This document shows, in pieces, positions 20,140 through 30,400 of a stretch of 64,000 nt of DNA; within the stretch, counting starts at the first letter, position 1; each line of letters begins with the position of its first letter. The DNA comes from an uncultured Candidatus Poseidoniales archaeon (lineage in GTDB: Archaea > Thermoplasmatota > Poseidoniia > Poseidoniales > Thalassarchaeaceae): the NCBI GenBank assembly GCA_902573015.1, contig CACGIE010000002.1:7660-71659 (forward strand), in the 5' to 3' direction. Position numbers and translations under genes: made by a program. The notes under the pieces were generated by a model. It was not told the origin of the DNA, ran no database searches, and saw nothing but the letters and a program-made list of their open reading frames with translations.

Positions 20140-20916
20140 ATGGTGGACTGGGGTAAAGTTGCCAATGACATTTCAGATTGGATATCCGACTACGTCCATA
20201 GAAATAGTTTGGAAACGCTAGTTGTAGGAGTTTCTGGGGGGATAGATTCCGCAGTCACATCTACACTCTCTGCAATGACGGGAATAAGGACAATAGTAGT
20301 CAATATGCCCATCCACCAGGATGAGGGCCAGTATGATCTCTCAAACCTCCATATTGATTGGTTAGTGTCAAAATGGGGAAATGTGGAAAGATCGAAAATA
20401 GATCTATCGAACACTTATGACGAGTTGCGTTCTGATTTGGATAGTCAGAAAGTAACCGAATTATCCCTGGCTAACTCTAGAGCAAGGCTGCGAATGACCG
20501 CTCTGTTTGCTGTTTCGGGTTCCAATAATGGGATAGTAGTAGGGACTGGAAACAAGGTAGAAGACTTCGGAATCGGCTTCTATACTAAATATGGAGATGG
20601 AGGAGTAGATATCTCACCAATTGCTGATTTGTACAAATCTGATGTTTACGCGATAGGAGAAGAACTGGGAGTAATCAGGGAGGTTCTGGAAGCTGCTCCT
20701 ACAGACGGCCTGTGGAACGACGGGAGGACTGACGAAGACCAGATAGGAGCAACTTACGAGGAGATTGAGTGGGCAATGAAAGAGTCTGCCAGCCCGAAGA
20801 GAGCGGATTTATCTGAGCGTGAAAGGAAGGTGTTGGATATCTACCAGAGGCTGAATAAATCAAATTCGCACAAAATGGATCCGATTCCGGTTTTCAAATT
20901 GTATCCGGACGAATGA
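20140..20916 (+). CDS. nadE: NH3-dependent NAD+ synthetase
   Basis: GVSGGIDSA, ARLRM, GTGNKVE, TKYGDGGVD, PTDGLW. Confidence 0.95.
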   Translation: MVDWGKVANDISDWISDYVHRNSLETLVVGVSGGIDSAVTSTLSAMTGIRTIVVNMPIHQDEGQYDLSNLHIDWLVSKWGNVERSKIDLSNTYDELRSDLDSQKVTELSLANSRARLRMTALFAVSGSNNGIVVGTGNKVEDFGIGFYTKYGDGGVDISPIADLYKSDVYAIGEELGVIREVLEAAPTDGLWNDGRTDEDQIGATYEEIEWAMKESASPKRADLSERERKVLDIYQRLNKSNSHKMDPIPVFKLYPDE

Positions 20917-20925
20917 GGCTAGGTT

Positions 20926-21081
20926 ATGGAGGAAGAAGAGTTTTCTCCGGTCTACGTGAGAAAGGCTCGAAAGCCCTACAGCGGCATGGTTCTAGATTCG
21001 ATATTCGGACTCCTCATCAGGTCAGTAGGGGCAATTGTGATCGTGGGGGTACTTCTGATGCTCGTTCCTCTGCTGCTATGA
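20926..21081 (+). CDS. Small (51 aa) membrane protein below the ORF-track cutoff
   Basis: Manual translation MEEEEFSPVYVRKARKPYSGMVLDSIFGLLIRSVGAIVIVGVLLMLVPLLL; fills the gap between nadE and a convergent gene. Confidence 0.6.
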   Translation: MEEEEFSPVYVRKARKPYSGMVLDSIFGLLIRSVGAIVIVGVLLMLVPLLL

Positions 21082-21082
21082 G

Positions 21083-21946
21083 TCATTTCCCTCTTCTGTC
21101 TTCCACCTTTTTCTTGTATGCAGCATCTGAGTCTTCGGACTTCCAACCCTCCAGATACAATCCACCCGACTTGTGGACGCCACCGATTACATTTCCCTTC
21201 CTGGGCTTCCTAAAGAGATCCTTCCTCTCGGAATGTCTGCTGAATGCCTTTGGCATGCCATCATCTCCCCTCTCCTGGCCAGAAAGGGAGTATGCCCGCC
21301 ATTCGGCGGTTGGTCCGCTTCTCTTCTTTTTTACTGGTTCTTCCGACTGATCAGGAAGGGCTATTGCGAGCATTATCGCGAGTAAAAACAACAGTAAACC
21401 CCCACAAATCAGGGAGGTGCCGGAAACTAGCCCGTCTCTGAACCAACTGGCAATTGAGGACAATATGGAAACGTCTGGTTTTTCGAACTCTTGGGAGATT
21501 CGGACGAATCGGCTTGACTCCATAGAGTAGTTGCCGTCACTACATCTAGGGGAGGAAGAGTTGTTTGGATCGAAGCAAAACTGACCTATGTATATCATAT
21601 CGGTGACATCTTCCCTTTGAGTGGAAACTTCACAAGCTGGGTAATGGAAGTCCTCACCCGATTCATTCAGAAGTGAAATCTCGAGTGAAAAGCAATCGTC
21701 CCAAAGACCATCCCCATCCGAGTCATTGTATGACCCATAGCTGTAAACGGCCCATCCATTGTTGGATTCGGAGTCGGTTTGCTCGAATGATAGGTTTGTC
21801 TGTGTTCCAGAGAAGGAGAACTGTACCTCCGGATCATCATCAGTCGAGTCTAGAAGGGGAATTGGGGTTCCGGTACCGAAGAAGAGGATTCCAATGAATA
21901 GTAGAGATCCTGAGATTGCAAAGGTTGCATTGGTTGCTGGATGCAT
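21083..21946 (-). CDS. Membrane protein with an extracellular Cys-containing domain and basic cytoplasmic tail
   Basis: N-terminal TM, DSDGDG Ca-loop-like motif, second TM, charged tail. Confidence 0.75.
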   Translation of the reverse strand: MHPATNATFAISGSLLFIGILFFGTGTPIPLLDSTDDDPEVQFSFSGTQTNLSFEQTDSESNNGWAVYSYGSYNDSDGDGLWDDCFSLEISLLNESGEDFHYPACEVSTQREDVTDMIYIGQFCFDPNNSSSPRCSDGNYSMESSRFVRISQEFEKPDVSILSSIASWFRDGLVSGTSLICGGLLLFLLAIMLAIALPDQSEEPVKKKRSGPTAEWRAYSLSGQERGDDGMPKAFSRHSERKDLFRKPRKGNVIGGVHKSGGLYLEGWKSEDSDAAYKKKVEDRRGK

Positions 21947-21978
21947 GGTGATTACCAGTCTCCGGAGTACTTAGGCAC

Positions 21979-22275
21979 TCAAGTCAGTTGTGTCGCAAGG
22001 AGGAAGGATAGTAGCCAAATTCTTGCCATACGCTTCCGCCTCCTAGGGGCTTTTCGGGAAAAGGATACTTTGAACAAACAGAGGAATGAGGTGATTCCGA
22101 AGCCTCCTGTCACAAGAAATGCCGATTCTCCTAGTGCCCATGAGGTATTCTCCAAAGATCCTGAACTGGGAGATTTTCCAGCATGCATCATTGCCAATGT
22201 TACCAAGCTTGTCAACTGCCCAACAATCAGTATTGATGCAGAAGCGTCTACGAATGGCTCGACCCATTTACTCAT
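21979..22275 (-). CDS. Hypothetical 3-TM protein (start uncertain)
   Basis: Hydrophobic segments from MSKWVEPF onward within ORF 21979..22368. Confidence 0.45.
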   Translation of the reverse strand: MSKWVEPFVDASASILIVGQLTSLVTLAMMHAGKSPSSGSLENTSWALGESAFLVTGGFGITSFLCLFKVSFSRKAPRRRKRMARIWLLSFLLATQLT

Positions 22276-22446
22276 TCTAGGCCTAATTCCTGATTTGGTT
22301 CCTGATCTCTGCTCCTTGTATGATGACTCATCGCGATTTGACCACCTAGATCGGGGCGATATTCCCATAAATGCCCATAATAGTGCAATATATTGGCTTG
22401 TTGATTAATCATAACATACTCAAACCACCTCTGATCGGGACTTAAT

Positions 22447-22779
22447 GTGGAATATCTAGAGTTGGTCGAGACTGCCTCACTGAGTCTTTGTGGCCTTGCC
22501 ACCTTTCTATGGATGGCCATAGGATCTCTATCGAAGACAACTAGAAGCGAGATATTGGCTCAGAGGCTGATTTCTGTGATTTGTCTTTCTTCAGCTGCAC
22601 TTCTTTTCGCATTGCACTATTCTGGAGGAGAGATATGGGGATCTAAGAACATTGCAAGGCCATTTGCGGTGATTGCGGTAACGATGGCAGTTGCATCTGT
22701 CATGAACATAAAGGGAAAAGATGTCCAAGGAGAGGCGAATCCTCACAATATCATGAAGGGACGAAGGGACGAAGATTAG
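22447..22779 (+). CDS. 3-TM membrane protein
   Basis: Three hydrophobic helices and a charged tail. Confidence 0.7.
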   Translation: MEYLELVETASLSLCGLATFLWMAIGSLSKTTRSEILAQRLISVICLSSAALLFALHYSGGEIWGSKNIARPFAVIAVTMAVASVMNIKGKDVQGEANPHNIMKGRRDED

Positions 22780-23055
22780 TCACTCTGAATTTAGTTTGTC
22801 GTTAATGAAAGAACGCATGTAGTCTGGAAGTTCTCCGTTAACGAAAACTACGTCCTGAACCTGATCTAGTTTCATAAGAGAGTAGAAAATCTGCATGGCA
22901 GTCATCGGAGTAGCACTGCAACCGGTACATCCGCCCTCCAATGAGATCATTATCACTCCATCAGTGGTATCTACTACGTTTACCACTCCATCATGGGCGT
23001 CTAGAACCGCCTGGACAGGCCCGACGGAGTCAAGGATGAGTTGTTTGTCGACCAT
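22780..23055 (-). CDS. NifU/NfuA-like Fe-S scaffold domain
   Basis: L.AHDG.V..L.GGCTGC CxxC motif. Confidence 0.85.
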   Translation of the reverse strand: MVDKQLILDSVGPVQAVLDAHDGVVNVVDTTDGVIMISLEGGCTGCSATPMTAMQIFYSLMKLDQVQDVVFVNGELPDYMRSFINDKLNSE

Positions 23056-23109
23056 GTTGTTAGGTCTGAGGGGCGGGGGTCTTTCAAAGAATTGCCTCCT
23101 CGGAGTGTC

Positions 23110-24015
23110 GTGAACAGAGTTACGCGAGTCATCCTAATCGACCTCCTTGTCGAAAGATCGGAGTTTGGTCATGGCGGCAATCAAGAGGTGATTCAGCCTA
23201 TTGCGGAGAGAGGTGCGGTGGAGGTCCTCCTATTGACGCCGCAAATGCAGTCCGAGGAAGCCGGTTTACGAGCTCAAAAGGAAGGTCTAATCGGGATCTC
23301 AGAGAATGACGTACCTAATTGGGACTATGAGTATCCATTCTGGGAAGAGTGCAGCATGGAGATGCATGGGAATGAGGTGGCGTTCAGAAGGATAGCAATG
23401 CCATTGCATGGAGACGATGAAATGACTCGAGATTGGATTCGGGCCATTGGGCCGGATGCGGTAGTCTGCAGCGGCTCCAGAAGAAACGTGACAATGTGGG
23501 AAGAGTGGATGAGTGGCGGTGGGTCGCTGATGAGGTGCTCATCGAGAATGGGCATTCCCACGCTCGGAATCTGCTTCGGTCACCAACTACTATGCCACGC
23601 CCTTGGGGCTAGTGTAGAAAGAGCAGAGTCAATGTCCAGCGGAGTCTGGGAGCTTGCACTCAATTCGCATGGCTCCTCTGACGAATTGTTTGCCGGCAGA
23701 GGAAGTGGGAAGAGAGGGGCCCCCGTAGCGTTATATTCCCACCAGGATCATGTGACGAACGTGCCAGAGAGTTGCTTGCTACTTGGCTCGGCCGAACACA
23801 ACAGAGTTACCGCGGTCCGGGTAATGGACGATAATGGCAGGGAGCTTCCTGCATGGGGGGTTCAGTTTCACCCCGAAGCGGCCAAAGCAAGAGTGGAAAG
23901 AGCGTTCGGTTGGGGTCACATTTCTGAGGAAGAAATGGTTGCATTTCAACGTGAACACGACGGAGCTGGGGTTCTGAATTCGTTTGCCTCGGTCGTTCAT
24001 GCAAATATTGACTAA
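23110..24015 (+). CDS. Class I glutamine amidotransferase (GuaA-like GATase domain, stand-alone)
   Basis: GICFGHQ, SHQD, GVQFHPE; start probably GTG 23110. Confidence 0.85.
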   Translation: MNRVTRVILIDLLVERSEFGHGGNQEVIQPIAERGAVEVLLLTPQMQSEEAGLRAQKEGLIGISENDVPNWDYEYPFWEECSMEMHGNEVAFRRIAMPLHGDDEMTRDWIRAIGPDAVVCSGSRRNVTMWEEWMSGGGSLMRCSSRMGIPTLGICFGHQLLCHALGASVERAESMSSGVWELALNSHGSSDELFAGRGSGKRGAPVALYSHQDHVTNVPESCLLLGSAEHNRVTAVRVMDDNGRELPAWGVQFHPEAAKARVERAFGWGHISEEEMVAFQREHDGAGVLNSFASVVHANID

Positions 24016-24092
24016 ACAGCAGAGGCAGTTTTACGATTGGATTTGGATTAAATAGAGCACTCGATTCGGCGAGCCGAACTGATGGTGTAACT

Positions 24093-26171
24093 ATGGATGG
24101 AGAACAACTAGGAATAATAGGAATTGCAGCGGGTCTTTTCGGACTTGTAGTTGCATTTTTCCTCTATAACAAGGTGAATTCAATAAAGATCGAAAACGAG
24201 ACAGTAGCGAAGATTACTGGGCGAATCTATGACGGTGCGATGGCATTCCTGTGGGCGGAATACAGGTTGTTATCAGGATTCATTGTAATCGTAGCAATAG
24301 CCCTTCTCCTAGGGGGAGAAGAAAACGGTCTCGGGTTTGAGACCATGATCGCATTCATCATTGGGGCGGTATGCAGCGTAGCCGCAGGATTCTCCGGAAT
24401 GCGATCTGCGACTAGTGCGAATGGTCGTACTGCACAGGCTGCAGCCGATGGTGGCCAATCAGCCGCACTGACCACGTCATACAACGGAGGCGCAGTGATG
24501 GGTCTGGCAGTAGGAGGACTTGGTCTAGCCGGTATCTCCCTGATGTACTACCTTACTCAAACCGAGTTCCTAACGGTGGAAAATATTGCAGGATTCGGCA
24601 TGGGGGCCTCTTCGATAGCACTATTCGCAAGAGTTGGAGGTGGCATCTACACCAAGGCAGCAGACGTTGGTGCGGACCTTGTTGGAAAGGTTGAGGCGGG
24701 AATTCCCGAGGACGACCCCAGAAACCCTGGGGTGATTGCAGACAACGTCGGAGACAACGTCGGAGATGTTGCGGGAATGGGCGCCGATATCTTCGAGTCA
24801 TTCGTTGGTAGCATTATCGCAGCAATGGTGATTGCAGCAGCGAGTGAGGACCTTCTAGGCCCTGACTACGTTATGATTCCAATCGTTCTGGCAGTAGTTG
24901 GTTACATTGCTTCCATCATCGGAGTATTCTCCATTACTGCAATGCAGAACATGGATCCGGGAGCAGCACTGAGGAATACGACTTTCATAGCCGCTGGACT
25001 TTTCATCGTAGGCGGATACTTAGCCCTGGACTATCTTGAGTTGCCCACCAAGGTAATCCAAGCTGTGGCAATAGGTTCTCTGGTCGGGATTCTAATAGGG
25101 CTGGTTACTGAGTACTACACCGGAATAGAAGATGTATTCTTCTTCAAGGTACAGGCAATCCCCTACATCGGGGAAGCAAGCAAAACCGGGAGCGCGACCA
25201 ACGCCATCGCAGGACTAGCAGTAGGGATGCAGTCGGTATTCATTCCAGTCCTACTGATGGCCGCAGGAATCTTCGGAGCAAACCATGTGATGGATGGCGG
25301 GGATCCAGGGCTGTATGGGATAGCAATGGCGGCTATGGGTATGCTAGGCACGGTTGGCGTTACCATGACAGTGGATGCCTATGGCCCTGTAGCAGACAAC
25401 GCCGGCGGAATTGCAGAAATGTCTGGTCTAGGCGATGATGTCAGGGAGATCACAGATGGGCTCGACTCAATTGGGAACACAACCGCAGCAATCGGCAAGG
25501 GATTCGCAATTGGAAGTGCTGCTTTGACTGCCCTAGCTCTTTTCGCCGCATTCAAGACCAGTGCTAATCTTGAGGCGGCAGATCTGAGCCTGACCGAGCC
25601 AATGGTTGTTATCGGACTCCTAATCGGGGCTGCACTACCTTTCGTTGTTGCAGCTATGACAATGAAGTCAGTTGGGAGAGCAGCCGAGGACATGATAACA
25701 GAGATTAGGAGACAGTTCAAGGAAATTGACGGACTTCTAGAGGGTCGCGAGGGAGTTGAGCCAGACAGTGCAACTTGCGTGGACATCTCCACCAAGGCGG
25801 CCCTAAGGGAGATGGTGATGCCGGGCGTAGTCGCCGTATCGAGTCCTGTAGTCATTGGTTTGCTACTAGGTAGTGCAGCTCTGGGAGGAACTCTGGCAGG
25901 GGCTACTGCTAGCGGCGTCCTGATGGCGCTTTTCATGGCAAACGCTGGAGGAGCATGGGACAACGCCAAGAAGGCAATAGAGCAAGGGCATATTGAGGGC
26001 GCTGCAAAGGGCGACGAAGCCCACAGTGCTGCAGTAGTGGGAGATACCATCGGAGACCCATTCAAGGATACTAGCGGTCCATCTCTGAACATACTGATCA
26101 AGCTGATGAGCATTGTCAGCGTTGTAATCGCTGGAATGCTGACAAAGGGTGGGGAACTAGGGACTCTTTGA
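24093..26171 (+). CDS. hppA: Membrane ion-pumping pyrophosphatase, K+-dependent (probably Na+-translocating)
   Basis: [48 protein letters not shown]. Confidence 0.96.
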   Translation: MDGEQLGIIGIAAGLFGLVVAFFLYNKVNSIKIENETVAKITGRIYDGAMAFLWAEYRLLSGFIVIVAIALLLGGEENGLGFETMIAFIIGAVCSVAAGFSGMRSATSANGRTAQAAADGGQSAALTTSYNGGAVMGLAVGGLGLAGISLMYYLTQTEFLTVENIAGFGMGASSIALFARVGGGIYTKAADVGADLVGKVEAGIPEDDPRNPGVIADNVGDNVGDVAGMGADIFESFVGSIIAAMVIAAASEDLLGPDYVMIPIVLAVVGYIASIIGVFSITAMQNMDPGAALRNTTFIAAGLFIVGGYLALDYLELPTKVIQAVAIGSLVGILIGLVTEYYTGIEDVFFFKVQAIPYIGEASKTGSATNAIAGLAVGMQSVFIPVLLMAAGIFGANHVMDGGDPGLYGIAMAAMGMLGTVGVTMTVDAYGPVADNAGGIAEMSGLGDDVREITDGLDSIGNTTAAIGKGFAIGSAALTALALFAAFKTSANLEAADLSLTEPMVVIGLLIGAALPFVVAAMTMKSVGRAAEDMITEIRRQFKEIDGLLEGREGVEPDSATCVDISTKAALREMVMPGVVAVSSPVVIGLLLGSAALGGTLAGATASGVLMALFMANAGGAWDNAKKAIEQGHIEGAAKGDEAHSAAVVGDTIGDPFKDTSGPSLNILIKLMSIVSVVIAGMLTKGGELGTL

Positions 26172-26201
26172 GACGAATCTAAAGAGCGTCAGACTCTTGA
26201 C

Positions 26202-27182
26202 ATGTTGGCCCTACCGTCGGGCATGGGTCCGTATCGCGTGTTAGCAGTGACCGTGGTTATTCTGTCGTTCTCCCTTGCCGGATGCACTGGGGGGTCCTCA
26301 GGGGTAGGTAGCACTGGATCCGACAAGATTGAGGTGCCCACATGGGAGACGGGAGACTGGTGGCTGTACACATTTTCAACTCCGGACTACAGCGACGATA
26401 CTGCAAGGCTAGTTGTAGCAAGTACCAGCGAAGAAGACGGGACTGCGTACATGTTAGCGATTTCTAGCCTCACTGAAGCAAGGAGGCATGCCGTACTGAA
26501 CCACAACCCTTTCCTTGGCAGAATTACCCACTCCGATCTAGGTGCTTTCGAAAACGGAGCCCCCCAGCAAGTGCTCAGTTTCCCAATGGAGCAGGGGGAC
26601 TCATGGTCATTCACCCTTTTCTCAATGGAGTGGAGTGCTTTCGTTTCCGATATATCAGGAAGTACTGCGGTAGTAATCGCCAACTCTGATGATGGTTCTA
26701 GGCTGGATTACGTTTTCGACCACGAAATTGGATTCTTCCAGTCGTTCACCTGGAATGATGCTTCGGGAACCTCGAACCTTAGGATGATGTTGTCGGACTC
26801 GGGTTCTGGGCACACTGGTGACGTCTACTTCGTCAGAGGGGGTGACCTCTTCAGCGAAACATGGGAAGACCCGGGTAATGACATTGAGTTTAGGGACACT
26901 TTCCTCGTCAACGATCATCCTAGTGATGGAGAATGGGATGAGATGATCTACTTCATGGACGCAGAATGTGGTTCTGGTTCATCCATTTCCTTTACGCTGA
27001 GAGACCATATGTCAATCTCAGTACTTGAGAGGATTTGGGGGCCGGGAGCTAGTGAGATGGGCACCCTGGGCACCATTCCCTATCCTTCTGGCGAATACAC
27101 CCTAACTGCGACATTCACAGGTGGATCGACGTTCTTGAGAGTCAGAATTGCCGGTGGGATCACACAGTCCTGGACACTCTAG
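26202..27182 (+). CDS. Secreted lipoprotein, hypothetical
   Basis: LAGC lipobox; PTWETGDWWLY motif; true start may be ATG 26223. Confidence 0.75.
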   Translation: MLALPSGMGPYRVLAVTVVILSFSLAGCTGGSSGVGSTGSDKIEVPTWETGDWWLYTFSTPDYSDDTARLVVASTSEEDGTAYMLAISSLTEARRHAVLNHNPFLGRITHSDLGAFENGAPQQVLSFPMEQGDSWSFTLFSMEWSAFVSDISGSTAVVIANSDDGSRLDYVFDHEIGFFQSFTWNDASGTSNLRMMLSDSGSGHTGDVYFVRGGDLFSETWEDPGNDIEFRDTFLVNDHPSDGEWDEMIYFMDAECGSGSSISFTLRDHMSISVLERIWGPGASEMGTLGTIPYPSGEYTLTATFTGGSTFLRVRIAGGITQSWTL

Positions 27183-27424
27183 AGGTATTCCAGAAGGTTG
27201 TCTGACCCTCCCACGAATATGGGGGCGCCTCCTCGCATATCGAAAACCACAGGGACCGTTCTATGACCGGTCTCCATCACGACTTCCTTTCGAAGGCCTT
27301 CGAAGTTATCCAGATTCACTTCGGAGTAGGTTAGTCCCTTGGAATCTAAGGTTCTGAAAGCCCGAGTGCAGTATGGACATATTGTCTGTGTGAAGACCAG
27401 GAAGTCTTCATTCGTACCTTCCAT
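27179..27424 (-). CDS. grx: Glutaredoxin
   Basis: CPYC, TVP, FVGG.D; start ATG 27424. Confidence 0.9.
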   Translation of the reverse strand: MEGTNEDFLVFTQTICPYCTRAFRTLDSKGLTYSEVNLDNFEGLRKEVVMETGHRTVPVVFDMRGGAPIFVGGSDNLLEYL

Positions 27425-27428
27425 TATT

Positions 27429-30400
27429 TCATGCACTTGCGACAGGCTGCTCGCCCCCTTCTTCAGCATCCCACCATGGAGATTCCCCTAGGTCATCTAA
27501 TTCATCGTCACCGTCCCATCTACCTTCGAGCACGCGATCAGTCTCATTCTCGTCTATGAAGAGTAGGAAGAAGGTGGTGACGAGGGTCAGAGCAGCGCCT
27601 ATGTAGATTGCAGATGTGTAGTTGAAGACGGATATCATCCTCTCTGTCAGTGTGTATGCGAAAACGACCGAGGTATTCAGGATGGACATGTATGCTGTGA
27701 ACTGTGTGCCTCCTACCTTGCTCCATGTTAGCCTCATACACAGAGAAATAATGCAAATAAGAGCTATTCCAGCAACGAAGTACTGGCCAATCAGATATAT
27801 TGTCATGACCAAGGTGTTCCCCCACATGGGCTCCAGGAAAGCAAAGGTGGCATTCGCTAGGGCCAGTACCAAGAAGGAGACCATCGCTACTCTGCGAATC
27901 CCAAACTTGTCTCCGAGGATGCCGCCGATTATCTGCCCTGAAACTGAGCCGAGCAAGGCGATACCGCCGACTATGCCATTGTACTTCTGTTGGGACCAGC
28001 CTGCCTCATTGATGAAGATGTCAACGTAAATCGGGCTGGTGAAGTAATACAGCTCACCGAGTAGACCTGCTATAACCAGCAGGAAGGCGGACCTGACTGA
28101 GAAGGCCTTGGTCAGATAGAATGATGTTCTTGCTACTGTTTTACTGACAGACTCTGGATCGAAACGGCCGTTTCCGGGCATATAGTTGGATATTGCGCCA
28201 ATTGGAGCAAGAATCAGCAATATCGGGTTTGGTAAGGCATCCTCGGATTGTGGTGAAATGAGCCTTGATTTCCCCGTCGAAATGACCGAAAGAAGAATCA
28301 GCGCGAGGCTGATCCTATTCGTCCCAGACCACGGCCTGAGATCAAATCCGAGGATTTGTTTTGCCTCTAGGGCCGGGAATCCTATTCTGACGTTCTTACC
28401 GAAGCCCCAGTCTACCGTGAAGACATCCATCACGAAGCCGAATAGCCAGATACAGGCTCCAGAAACTGCGAGGAAGGAGGAGATTGATACTCGCTTGTTG
28501 GCAATACTGTAGCCGACTATTCTTGCTACTCGGAACTCTTCCTCTTCCTCCCATGGAGCCTCTTCTGAGTCATCCACCACCTCTGCGATCAATGCCCCTG
28601 AGTCTGTCCTTGATTTGGGCGAGTCTGTCACATCCGTAGTTCTTGACCATGGGAACAATTGGACGCCTGGTTTCTCAACCATGAGAAGTGGCACCATTAT
28701 GATGAATGCGAGCATCACTAATTGCGCGGCTATTACTCCAGAGATTCCTATCTTGGTAATTAACACCCCCAGGACCGCCCCTCCGAAGATGATTCCAACC
28801 CTCTTTGCGGCGAACATGAGGCCGTTCACCCTAGCTACCTCATCGGGCTCGAGGACCTCAACTGCGAGAGCATCGGTTGCCACATCCTGCAGGGACGAGA
28901 ATATATTGTGGACGAATAGGATTCGGGCAACTAGGTCAATCTGCCCGTTCAAGTCCGGAACCAGAAGCAAGGAGCCGAGGGTCAGTGCCATTCCAGTTTG
29001 GGCGAATACGATCCATTGCCTTCGGGGACCGTACTTCTCGATGTAAATGGAGTCAACCAGAGGCCCCCATATCCACTTGAAGGTCCATGGGAGGGAGACT
29101 GTTGCGAACAGAATCGCTATCTCGGGAACTGAAACCCCATTTGCCACGAGATATGCTGCAAAGGTTACGCTTGCGAAACCCTGTGGCAAACCTTGGGCGA
29201 AGTAGAGTAGGCAAAGGGTTAGTACTCTCTTAATGGGGTTCTCGGTTATCGCCCCTCCCTTGCCTAGCTCAGAGATGTTTTTCGACATCCTCTCAGACCA
29301 AGACAAGGTTTCCTCTGGCTCTAGAGAAGACGCTGAATCTTCGTGATTTTCGTCGCTTTCGGAAGTCGTGGTTTGGAGCCATTCTTCCCTCCTACCGACG
29401 AACAAAACTAGGGCTATTGCTAGTAGGAAGGGTACGAAGAAGGCTATTGGACCTAGGTTGGTCAATCCCGATGAAGACGATGAGCCAGAAAATTGGACAT
29501 CGAGCAGAATAACCCTCCTAGCGTCGACTGGAGAAATGCTATCATCCGAAACTACCAGCCTTGCATAAATCGTCGAGTTTCCGGATTTTTCATGAGGGTC
29601 TAATTTTATGCTCCAAGATGACCAGTCCCCGTCCTTGGATAGATCGGCGGCTCCCGACCAAAGGCCTCCGCCTATCTTAACCTCGACCAAGCCGGTGCCT
29701 GGGGCTGCTCCACTGGAGGTTCCGGTGACATAGCTCTCGTTCCCTATTTCTTGAAGTGTGGAGACTTCCATTGAGACATTCAGGGATCTATCTATGCTCC
29801 CAGCCGCCTCGACGAAGGCAGTTGGGTCTGCCTGGCCGAAACCGAACTCGTTGTCAGGACGAGTTTCTAGTACGCTGCAGTCGTTGAATCCGGGGTCATT
29901 CAAGAGTTGGATGTCTCTCTCGATAGAGTGAGCGGAGATGATGTCCTTGAACTCTGTCGGAGTCAAATCGGGGTTCGCTTGAACCATCAGTGCAGCGATT
30001 CCAGCCATAAGTGGCGTGGCCATGCTAGTTCCTGACTTGCTCGTGTACCCATCCTGAGTCGCTGCATCGGGAGCCATGATGCTGGAACCTATCGTAGCGA
30101 CATCCGGCTTGACTCGGAAGTCCGAGGTGTACCCTCGACTACTGTAAATCGCGAGACCTAGGTCCTTGTCTAGGCTGGCCACAGTGACTGGTAGCTCTGC
30201 GTCACCTGGGCTGTCGATTGTGTTACACCCAGCAAGGGTCGCTCCACCGAATTCGTTACCCGCCGAGAGAGTAGTAATGATTCCGGCCTCAACGACCATA
30301 TCCATCTGACGGCTCCACGCGGAACTCCCGTCATTGTCGATGTGAACCTCGAACTGCTGTTCTCCCAAGGAGGAGGTGACTATGTCGATACCGTACTTGT

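Noticed and set aside
20913..21350. 145-aa plus-strand ORF after nadE
   Set aside because: Overlaps the convergent gene 21083-21946; the 51-aa ORF in another frame fits the gap exactly.
22272..22412. Possible 46-aa ORF (MINQQANILH...) overlapping the next start by ATGA
   Set aside because: No recognisable motif and it lies in a likely divergent promoter region; support is insufficient.
24741..24768. Tandem repeat GACAACGTCGGA x2
   Set aside because: Encodes the conserved DNVGDNVGD PPase motif.
25379..26113. Long antisense ORFs (here and at 16402-17016, 44112-44714 and similar)
   Set aside because: Shadows of well-supported genes on the opposite strand.
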